From positions 70,308,001-70,372,000 of the forward strand of contig OX597827.1 in assembly GCA_951406725.2 (NCBI GenBank): a stretch of DNA of 64,000 nucleotides, written 5' to 3'. Positions 50,494-64,000 of the stretch are shown one piece after another. The translations under genes were made by a program, and so were the position numbers. The notes under the pieces are model-generated. The model worked only from the letters and a program-made list of their open reading frames with translations. It was not told where the DNA came from and ran no database searches. Within the stretch, counting starts at the first letter, position 1. Each line of letters begins with the position of its first letter. This stretch comes from Octopus vulgaris. Its lineage: Eukaryota.

Positions 50494-50868
50494 ACCAAGA
50501 GCACTCAGAGAGCGCAAGCCTCTGCCAAGGCAACACTAATGTCCTTTCAACGATTAGCCAAAGATGATTTTTAAAATGAGAATATCTGAAATAAACTCAA
50601 CTGCTCTCACAAACGAGAATACTAATAATGAACCCAACCACTCTCAAAAATTGAGTAAAAAAGCAGGAAAAATAATCCAGATTCCTTATCCGGTAGCAGA
50701 TCAATCCCAAAATTTAATTAGTTCATGCCAGTCACGAGACCAGACATCCCTGAAAGTTTCATCCGAATCCATCCAGCAGTTCTTGAGATATCTTGTCCAT
50801 GGACAAACAAACAAACAAACAAATATGACTGAAAACAATACCTCTACCTTAGTGAAGGCAGAGGTAAT
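50494..50868. mobile_element. Helentron-associated (DINE-1/HINE-like) element
   Basis: Sub-terminal inverted motif CCTCTGCC/GGCAGAGG, terminal hairpin ACCTCTACCTT...AAGGCAGAGGT and internal (ACAA)n. Confidence 0.55.
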
Positions 50869-51079
50869 AATCCTTTCTACTAAAGGTCACATGGTTCTAG
50901 GTTCAGTTCCACAGTAAAGCACCTTGGACAAGTGTCTTCTATTATAGCCTTGGACGCATCAAAGCCTGATGAGTAGAATCGTTAGAGGGGAAAGTGGAAG
51001 AAGCCCATCGTATGTACCTGCATGTGTATCATTGTGTCTGTTTGTCCCCAACTACCACTTCACAACTGGTGTTGGTGTG

Positions 51080-52251
51080 TTATGTGGATAGAAATAAACC
51101 TTCATTTCTATAATGTTTTTCAATAAAGCCACCTTCAGCTTCAACAACTGCTTCTATATAAGATCTAAATCGTCTACATGTTCGAATCAAGTGGTCCTGG
51201 TTCATTTTGGATATTATTGTGACTATGGCAGCTTTCAAAGAATCTTTGGTGTTATGGGCGTGTTCATTGACCTCTCTCTCAACAATGCTCCACATGCAAT
51301 AATCCAATGGATTGTGATCTGGGGAATTAGGAAGCCAAATGTTAGGGGTTGTGTAATCATGAAAATTTCAGCCATCCATTCCTGTGTTACGAGAGCCATG
51401 TGTGATAGTGCAGAGTCTTACTGAAACACATATGACCTTCCATTGCATACACTGTCTATCCAGGGCTTCACAATTATTTCCAGGACCTCAATATAGGCGA
51501 CAGAGTTAACTCTAAGGCCTTGTGGAAAGAAGTAAGGAGGCATCACATATCCTTCATTGCTGACAACCCCTAAAACCATGACAGTTGCAGGAAATTTTGT
51601 ATGCATAACACTTGGAACTTCAGAAAGGTCTGCACATAACCATCTATCATTTTTTCTGTTAATTTTTTGATCTTGCTTGAAGTTTTTCTCCTTTGAGAAA
51701 AACCAAATCAAATCTTATTCTGTGGATTTTTCAGTTTGTTTAGGAACCTTTTAGATCTGATGTAGTGATTTTCTTTTGCTTTTTCTGACAAATTGATTTT
51801 TCCTCATCATATAAGATTTATATCTGATGTCTTCATGGACAACATTTCTCACTGTTCCTTCTGGCACATGGAGATCTTTTGCAATTGACCTCATGGACTT
51901 TCCGGGATTGTAATCAATGGTCTGTTGAACTTGCTGGATAAATTCAAATATTCTGACGATTCCAGACCGTTTAGAATGCTTTTTAAGCTTTGATACTGAT
52001 GATACGTTTCCATCTTCAGTCTCTAACTCCTTACAAACTTTGTAGACGAAAGATCTGGCAAATTTTAAAAATCGAGATATTTCTAAATCGTTATGCTCAG
52101 CCTTTATAACCACAATAACAGCAGGCCTCTTCACTTCTTGAGTAAGCTGAGGGTATGCCATTATTATTTTCTGAAACCAAGATTATACAGAGTTAGCAAA
52201 AAATGCAGCAATGACCCCCCAAAAAGGCATGTCCTCAAATACCTTACGCAG

Positions 52252-52254
<3 letters not shown>
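51080..52254 (-). mobile_element. Tc1/mariner (maT/DD37D-like) transposase pseudogene, near full length
   Basis: HTH (NPGKSMRSIAKDL), WFFSKEKNF, VMVLGVVS, YVFQ*DSA, NPLDYCMW and EAVVEAEGGFIE motifs, with stops and frameshifts. Confidence 0.88.
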
Positions 52255-52295
<41 letters not shown>

Positions 52296-52548
52296 CACAT
52301 ACATACACATACTTTTATTGCTTTAAACATTTCAGCTCAAAGGCTGTGGCCATGCTGGAGTATCACCAGTGCAATCACCTTTCCAATAGCCATTTTTTAA
52401 TGGTCCTCTTTCAGTTTCTGTCAACCAGATCCACTGACAATGCTTTGTTTGGTCTGGCGCTGCAGAAGAAGACATTCGCCCAAGGTTCCATGCAGTGGGA
52501 TTGAACTCAGAACCATGTGGTTGAGAAGCAAACAACATGGTTCAAGGT

Positions 52549-52589
<41 letters not shown>

Positions 52590-53407
52590 CGTGCAGGTGG
52601 CATGTAAAAAACACCATTTGAGCGTGGCCGTTGCCAATACCGCCTGAGTGGCCCTCTAGCCGGTGGCACATAAAGGCACCCACTACACTCTCGGAGTGGT
52701 TGGCGTTAGGAAGGGCATCTAGCCGTAGAAATTCTGCCAGATCAAGATTGGAGCCTGGTGCGGCCATCTGGTTTGTCAGTCCTCAGTCAAATCGTCCAAC
52801 CCATGCTAGCATGGAAAACGGATGTTAAACGATGATGATGATGATTATATATATAAATATATATATATATACACATATATATATATATAGTACAGGAGTG
52901 TATAATGTTTGTGCTCATCAGCTGACTAGCTGCCTGGTGGGCTTTCCAATCTGTGTAGTTACTTATTTATGTATGTGTCTGTCTGTCTGTATGTATGTAT
53001 GTATGAATGGATGGATGTATAGATGTGTGTGTGTGTCTGTGTGTAGATTATATGTTATGTAAAGACACCCATCAAATATCAATGAACAGTCATTAGAACA
53101 TCAATGAATGATGAACTTCACGTGCAAAAAAGTCAGACGCTCCACCTATTATCCGGCACCTCATTGGCTAGCCTTAACAATGATGTCACGTTTCCATCTG
53201 TTGTCACATCCTGTTCCATTGGTTGATTGAGAAGCAGTGTCTTTTGTGACTTTAGTTCTTGGGATATTTTCTCCAAACCTCATTTCATCACATACATACA
53301 CACATACACACATACATACATACATAATCACGATCATCATCATCTTTTAGTATCCATCTTCCATGTGGTCCGTCCCATACCGGTATGTTAGACAGAAGTT
53401 AAAAGCT

Positions 53408-57240
<3,833 letters not shown>

Positions 57241-57309
57241 TTCACTGCCGGGAATCAAACTCAGAATCATGGGGTTAGTAGCCCGCGCTCTTAACCACTA
57301 CGCCATATG

Positions 57310-57695
57310 CCCGTGGTCATATCGAATGACATATTCTCTTTTTGTATGGGAAGGGTAGAAAGATCTAAAAAATCTAAATATTGGTGTGTGCCTGTGTCCT
57401 TGCAGTAAGCATTCTTTATTACTCTCTCATTTTCTGTAATCATTAGAATATTCCAGAAAGCGAGTTTCTTTTCCTTCATTTCCATAACGAGTTGGATTGA
57501 TTCACGAATGTTGTTTATTAATTTAAGGAATCCTGTGAGCTCCTGCTGACTTTTGTTCCAAAACTTATGAAAACGTCATCCAAGAATCCGAGAATCTTTT
57601 CCAGTTCCCAATTTAATAAGTTTTGAGATGATGACCAAAAGTAATTCTGGACAGGGTATAGGTTTATTTTTTCCATGAACTCCATTACTAACTTC
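57310..57695 (-). mobile_element. Penelope-like retroelement RT/thumb fragment
   Basis: LVMEFMEKINLY...FLDDVFI...MEMKEKKLAFWNILM...YCKDTGTHQYLDF resembles the PLE RT motif order; frameshifted. Confidence 0.7.
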
Positions 57696-58016
57696 TTCTT
57701 CTTTGACAACCAACCAATCATCATCATCATCATCATCATCATCATTTAACAACTGTTTTCTATGCTGGCATGGGTTAGACAGTTTGACCAGAGCTGGTAA
57801 GCTAGAGGTCTGCATCAGGTTCCAGTTGTCAGTTTGGGATTAGTTTCTTACGGCTGAATGCCCCTTCTAATGCCAACAGAGCATACTGGGGTTTTTTAAA
57901 CATGTTTGCTGGCATGGGTGTCTTTTACATGTCACCTGTACAGGTGCCCTCTCATGTGTCACTGACACGGGTGCCATTTATATGTCTTTTACAACAAATA
58001 GTATCCATAAATACCA

Positions 58017-58090
58017 GGAACAGCAATGTTGACCAAAGTTGCACCAACATTTGAGACACCAGTAACAGGATACTTGGAAGAAAGAACTCC
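58017..58090 (+). mobile_element. Penelope-like RT motif-B fragment
   Basis: GTAMLTKVAPTFETPVTGYLEE resembles the GTAMGTKxAPxYAxLxMGYLEE consensus. Confidence 0.6.
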
Positions 58091-58379
58091 AAAAGCATGC
58101 ACTTGGGAAGTAAACTTCTTACCCCCATTTTATTTTAGAAATTTACATCAAGTGGGTTGATAAGTGATCAACAATTTCAAGATATCAGAAGTTTGTTGAC
58201 TCCTTCTTCCAAACTTTCATTTGACCAACTACAAAAGAACAGCTGCCAAATTCCCTTCAAACACACCCTAACATCTTAAATAATGCAAAACACATTACAC
58301 AGGGTAATCCTTCATAGACCTTTAACACGAGATGGTCATGGCAATAGACTGTCTTTGAGAGCTGGCCTGCTCAATTAAT

Positions 58380-59310
58380 TCTCTAATATTCAGATTTCTT
58401 GATCTAATATAATGCTTATTTATTCACATTGTTTTGAATTATCTCATAGCTATGAAATTTCAATAATGTGGTTGTTTATCTTAAGAATGATATTTTAAGG
58501 CAGGTGTGAGATGCCGTATCTGGCCAATTTGAACATAAAACAGGGGGAATATTTGTGCTGGACATGGTCAGTTTAAATACTACAGGATTAAATACTCAGA
58601 CTGATTCTTTGTGTAAATCACATACGCAATATGTCTAAAGTTTAGATCACCACCATTTTGCTGATTTACACTCTTTATTCTTTCACTTGTTTGTCATTTT
58701 ACTGTGGCCATGCTGGAGCACCGCCTTTAGTCGAGCAAATCGACCCCAGGACTTATTCTTTGTAAGCCTAGTACTTATTCTATTGGTCTCTTTTGCTGAA
58801 CCGCTAAGTTACGGTGACATAAACACACCACCATCGATGTCATTGGGACAAAGACACACAAACATATACACACATACATACACACACACACACACACATA
58901 TATATACGACGGGCTTCTTTCAGTTTCCGTCTACCAAATCCACTCACAGGCTTTGGTCAGCTTGAGGCTATAGTAGAAGACACTTGCCCTAGGTGCCACG
59001 CAGTGGGACTGAACCCGGAACCATGTGGTTGGTAAGCAAGCTACTTACCACACAGCCACTCCTGCACCTATAAAAAGCTTGTTCCCATTTAACTCTTTAG
59101 CATTCAGATTATTCTGTCAAATGTAATGTTTATTCACTCTCACATTGTTTTGAATTAATCATGCATCATCTTATAGCTTTGAAATTTCAAATACGTGAGA
59201 TGCCAGATCTGGTCAGATTGAACATAAAACAAGGAGGATATTCAGGCTGCATATGGTTGGTTTAACCTTTTAGTATTCACATTATTCTGTGAAGTGTAAT
59301 GCTTATTTAT

Positions 59311-59352
<42 letters not shown>

Positions 59353-60064
59353 TTCTTCTTCTTCTTCTTCATCATCATCATCATCATCTTTATAATCATC
59401 ATCCTCATCATTTAATGCCTGTCGTTCATGCTGGCATGGGTTGGACAGTTTGACCAGGGCCGGCAAGCTGGAAGGCTGCACCAGACTCCAGTCTGATTTG
59501 GCATGGTTTCTATGGCTGGATGCCCTTCCTAATGCCAACCACTCCGAGAGTGTAATGGGCACCTTTATGTGACACTGGCATGGGTACCATTTGCACGACA
59601 CCGGTATCTGCTACAACTGCAATTTGGCTCGACTTGATGGGTCTTCTTCTCAAACACAACATAATGCCAAAGGTCTTGGTCATTGCCTCTGTGAGGCCCA
59701 ACACTCAAAATGAATTCAGCCACTTTGCCTCTGTGAAGCCCAACATTCGAAAGGTGCTTTTCACATGCCATCAGCATGGGTGCCAGTTACGTGATACCAA
59801 CATTGACGATGACTACGATTTCACTTGGCTTGGTGAGTCTTCTCAAGCTCAGCATATCACTGGTTTTGAATTAATTATGCCTTATCTTGTAGCTTTGAAA
59901 TTTTGATGAAGGGGTGGCTGTGTGGTAAGTAGCTTGCTTACTGACCACATGGTTCCGGGTTCAGTCCCACTGCGTGGAACCTTGGGCAAGTGTCTTCTGC
60001 TATAGCCTCGGGCTGACCAAAGCCTTCTGAGTGGATTTGGTAGATGGAGACTGAAAGAAGCCTG

Positions 60065-60112
<48 letters not shown>

Positions 60113-61065
60113 GTATGCATATATGTGTGTGTGTGTTTGTGTGTCTCCACCAGCATCGCTTGACAACCGATGCTGGTGTGTTTACGTCCCCATAACTTAG
60201 CAGTTCGACAAAAAGCGACTGACAGAATAAGTACTAGGCTTACAAAGAATAAGTCCTGGGTTCGATTTCCTCGACTAAAGGTGGTGCTCCAGCATGGCCG
60301 CAGTTAAATGACTGAAACAAATAAAAGAGTAACTATTAATTTTTAGGATGACATTGTAGGGCTGGTGTGATAGGTTAGATCTGGCCAGTTTGAACATAAA
60401 AACAAGTTGAATATTTTGGCGGGATACTGCTGGTTTAAATGTTAGAGGGTTAGATACTACAGAGGTTAAGACTTTGATCCGTTTTCTAATTCCCATGAGC
60501 AATATGTCTAAAGCTACAAGTTTAGTCTCCCCTGTGCCACGTAAAATGCACTCGTGCCAGTGCTACATAAGTGTACCCATGCCAGTGACACATAAAAAAC
60601 ACCATTTGAGCATGGCCATTGCCAATACCGCCTGGCTGGCCCTCGTGCCGGTGGCATGTAAAAGCACTGACTACACTCTCAGAGCGGTTGGCGTTAGGAA
60701 GGGCATCCAGCTGCAGAAACTCTGCCAGATCAAGATTGGAGCCTGGTGCAGCCATCTGGTTCGCCAGTCCGCAGTCATATCATCCAACCTATGCTAGCAT
60801 GGAAAGTGGACGTTAAACGATGATGATGATAATGATGATGATGATGATGATGACGATGATTTGTTTTGAATTAATCTTGCATTATCTCATAGCTTTGAGA
60901 TTTTAATGATGAATTGAATCGAACCGGTTTCAGCTAATAAGAGGTAGTCATGCTGGAGCAAATGCCAATGTAGGGTGGGTGTGAGAAGTTGATTCTGGCC
61001 AGATTGACCACAAAACAAGTGGAATACTCGGACCAGATGTGGCTGGTTTAAATACTTTCGGATTA
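58380..61065 (+). mobile_element. Cluster of degenerate TTAA-bounded repeats interleaved with SINE A (58671-59068 minus; 59911-60331 plus) and family D copies
   Basis: TTGTTTTGAATTAATC...TTTGAACATAAAACA...GGTTTAAAT motifs recur about four times. Confidence 0.6.
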
Positions 61066-61153
61066 AGGATTACTTCGAGCTAAGTAACAACAAGAGCAAC
61101 AACATTAACAAGAAGAGGTAACACTGCTAAGAGCAAGCTGGAAATTCATTCAC

Positions 61154-61299
61154 CTTTTTTTGCATGCACATAAATTCACACAGCAAACTGCATTGCAGTT
61201 TTGATTTTGACATTTCTTTTTGTGCATCAGTTATGTGCAGCAAGCTGCAACTGGGCAGTGGTTGTTTGATGTGTGTGCAGCTGCTACCAGTCAAACTAG
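61154..61299 (-). CDS. Candidate Cys-rich coding exon of an unidentified gene or pseudogene
   Basis: Pyrimidine-rich acceptor (ttttttcttagtctctag), donor AAG|GTGAAT, open frame SLTGSSCTHIKQPLPSCSLLHITDAQKEMSKSKLQCSLLCEFMCMQKK. Confidence 0.35.
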
Positions 61300-61404
61300 C
61301 TAGAGACTAAGAAAAAACAAAACAGAGGAAGGGGAAAGTTGTAAGGGGTCAGCTAAAACTAGTCACAAATTAAGGTCAGTTTGAAAGAGGGGAAAATTTT
61401 GGCT

Positions 61405-62144
61405 TTGTGATGGTGGTTGTTGTGATGTGGTGGTGTTTGCTGTGATGGTGTAGTGGTGGTGGTGGTGGTGCTGGCTGTGGTAGAAGTGCTGGTGGTAGTG
61501 GTGGTGGTGTTTGTTGTAATGGTGGTAGTCCTGGCTGTGGTAGAAGTGATGGTAGTAGTGGTGGTGGTGGTGGCGTTGATGGTGGTTGTGATGGTGGTGG
61601 TAGTGGCCTTGATGGTGGTTGTGATGGTGGTGGTGGTAGTGTTTGTTGTAATGGTGGTGCTGGTGGTGCTGGCTGTGGTAGAAGTGGTGGTGGTAGTGGT
61701 GTTGGTGGTGGCGTTGATGGTGGTTGTGATAGTGGTAGTGGTGGCCGTTGTGATGGTGATGGTAGTAGTAATAGTGGTAGTAGTGGTGGTGGTGGTGATG
61801 ACTGTGCTGTGATGTGGTGGTGGTGATGCTGGTGATGATGATGGTGGTTGTAGTTGTAGTGATGGTTGTGGTGACTGTAGTAGTCATAGCGATAATAGTG
61901 ATGATGGCGATGGTGATGGTGGTGTTGTGGAGTCGGTAGTAGTAATGATAGCAACAGTGCAGGTGCAAGTAGTATAGATGATGATGGTGGATGTGGTAGA
62001 GGTGGTGGTGGTAGTGCTTGTGATTGTGGCTGTGTTGTTGTTGTAGTGGTGGTAGTGACATGGTGATGGTGGTGGTGGGATACTAGTCGTAAAGGTGAGG
62101 GTGGTGATGATGGTGGTACTGGTGCTAGTATTTGTAGTAGTAGT

Positions 62145-62209
<65 letters not shown>

Positions 62210-62470
62210 CAGCGGTAGTAGTAGTAGTAGTAGCAGCAGCAGCAGCGGTAGTAGTAGTAGCAGCGGTAGTAGTAGTAGTAGTAGTTGTAGAGGTACTGTT
62301 GATAGTAACAGAGAGAAAGAAGGTGAAAAGGAGAAAAAAGATGAAAGCAAAAGAGAGAGAGAGAGAGGGAGAGAAAGAGAGGAAAAGAGCAGAGGGTGAG
62401 AGAGAGAGTGGGGAGAAAAAACAGGGAGAGAGAGGGAGAGAGAGAGAGAGAGAGGGAGAGGGAGAGAGAG
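61405..62470. repeat. (GGT/GAT/AGT/AGC)n and (GA)n low-complexity block
   Basis: Direct reading. Confidence 0.92.
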
Positions 62471-62591
62471 AATTGTAAAACATTAGGATCAAATATTGAT
62501 TGATTTCGCAAGCAGTCAAGTGCAGCAGACTACAGAGAAAGATGCACTTTCAATAGTTTTCGGTGCTGTTCATTTCTTCAGTTCTGCTGAA

Positions 62592-63669
62592 CACTGTATT
62601 ACCACTGCAGTGTCATACTAACATTCCTTCTATTGTGCTATCACTCTGGTGTCATACTAACATTCATAGCCCTGTATAACAACCGCAGTGTCATACTGAC
62701 ATTCCTACCACTGTAACACAGTGTTACCATTGCAGTGTTATACTAACATTCACTCTATTGTATTACCACTGCAGTGTCATACTAACATTTCTACCCTTGT
62801 ATTACCACTGCAGTGTCATACTAACATTTCTACCCTTGTATTACCACTGCAGTGTCATACTAACATTTCTACCCTTGTATTACCACTGCAGTGTCATACT
62901 AACATTCATAGCATTGTATTACCACTGCAGTGTCATACTAACATTTCTACCCTTGTATTACCACTGCAGTGTCATACTAACATTTCTACCCTTGTATTAC
63001 CACTGCAGTGTCATACTAACATTCATAGCATTGTATTACCACTGCAGCGTCATACTAACATTTCTACCCTTGTATTACCACTGCAGTGTCATACTAACAT
63101 TCACTCTATTGTATTACAACTGTAGTGTCATACTGACATTCCTACGACTGTATGACTACGGCAGTGTCATAATAACATTCCTACCCTTGTATTACCACTG
63201 TAGTGCCATACTAACATTCATTACACTGTATTACAACTGCAGTGTCATATTGATATTCCTACAGTTGGTATTACCGCTGCACTGTCATGCTAACATTCAC
63301 TCTACTGTATTACCATTGTAGTGTCGTACTAACATTTATAGCTCTGTATTATAACTGCAGTGTCATACTTATATTCCCACCATTGTATTATTACTGCAGT
63401 GTCATTCTATTGGCCTCACCAGCCACCTCCGGTCTCATGGCGGCAGTTCCACCAGATGATGTCAGTGGTCATCTTCGAACCCGAAGGACGAACATTCTAT
63501 TGTATTACAGCTGCAGTGACATACTGACATTCCTATGACTGTATTATTACTGTAGTGTCATAATACCATTCCTACCATTGTAATACCATTGTAATACCAT
63601 TGTAGTGTCATACTAACATTCATAGCACTGTATTACAACTGCAGTGTCATACCAAACATTCACTCTATA
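62592..63669. repeat. 39-bp minisatellite (TTGTATTACCACTGCAGTGTCATACTAACATTTCTACCC), about 25 units
   Basis: Period confirmed by the 13-aa repeat in the ORF track; homogeneous centre and degenerate edges. Confidence 0.93.
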
Positions 63670-63699
63670 GAAAGCACGATTTATTCATGATCATTGTTG

Positions 63700-63777
63700 T
63701 TCTTAATCAGTTATCAACCGAAATACTAATACCCACGAAACTGTATATTAGTATTTCGGTCAATAACTGATGAAGAA
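63700..63777. other. Hairpin with a 32-bp stem (3 mismatches) and 14-nt loop
   Basis: 63700-63731 pairs with 63746-63777. Confidence 0.8.
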
Positions 63778-64000
63778 TTAGGATCCTTCTGTGTCTGGCT
63801 TATGTGTATGTCTTTTAGTATTCAATGCATTTTTCATTTATTGTGTAACTGAATGCCACACATCCTGACTTTTGTTAACAGTAAATTTATGTGTGTGTGT
63901 GTATATATATATATCATCATCATCATCATCTTTGTTTAACGTTCGTTTTCCATGCTAGCATGGGTTGGACGGTTCGACCTGGGTCTGGGAAGCCAGGAGG

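Noticed and set aside
62550-62552. In-frame TGA as selenocysteine
   Set aside because: It falls in a putative signal-peptide region, no SECIS was identified, and the gene model itself is unproven.
63412-63492. HDV-like ribozyme in the GC-rich insert
   Set aside because: L3 would be 14 nt, and convincing P1 and P2 pairings could not be built.
62592-63669. CRISPR-like array, or the repeat-protein ORFs 62721-63125 and 62758-63321
   Set aside because: The variable parts are ~7-8 bp and recur, there are no cas genes, and the context is eukaryotic. The ORFs arise because the 39-bp unit is a multiple of three.

Overview
AT-rich animal genomic DNA dense in SINEs, microsatellites and DNA transposons. 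The repeat landscape and clustered C2H2 genes suggest an octopus or other coleoid cephalopod (inference, not verified). Three well-supported genes are present: two tandem minus-strand C2H2 zinc-finger paralogs (10 fingers at 1436-2659; 8 fingers at 22321-23241) and a complete, intronless IK/RED spliceosomal gene (38294-40363, +) lying head-to-head with the second paralog. The most unusual signal is the paralog pair. Introns and flanks are diverged or unalignable, yet two blocks are almost identical: a ~350-bp promoter/first-exon block (11144-11490 vs 33037-33384, with two uORFs and a YY1-type motif) and the last four zinc fingers (~98% identical, synonymous sites included). This suggests patchy gene conversion or extreme constraint. 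Other notable structures are a 178-bp-arm foldback between the divergent genes, a CpG-rich palindromic MITE, two Helitrons sharing only their ends, a Merlin-type MITE with telomere-like repeats, a 39-bp minisatellite with a TSD-flanked insert, and a speculative Cys-rich multi-exon gene or pseudogene buried in microsatellites at 53-62.6 kb. All alignments and counts were done by eye, and repeat family names are motif-based.
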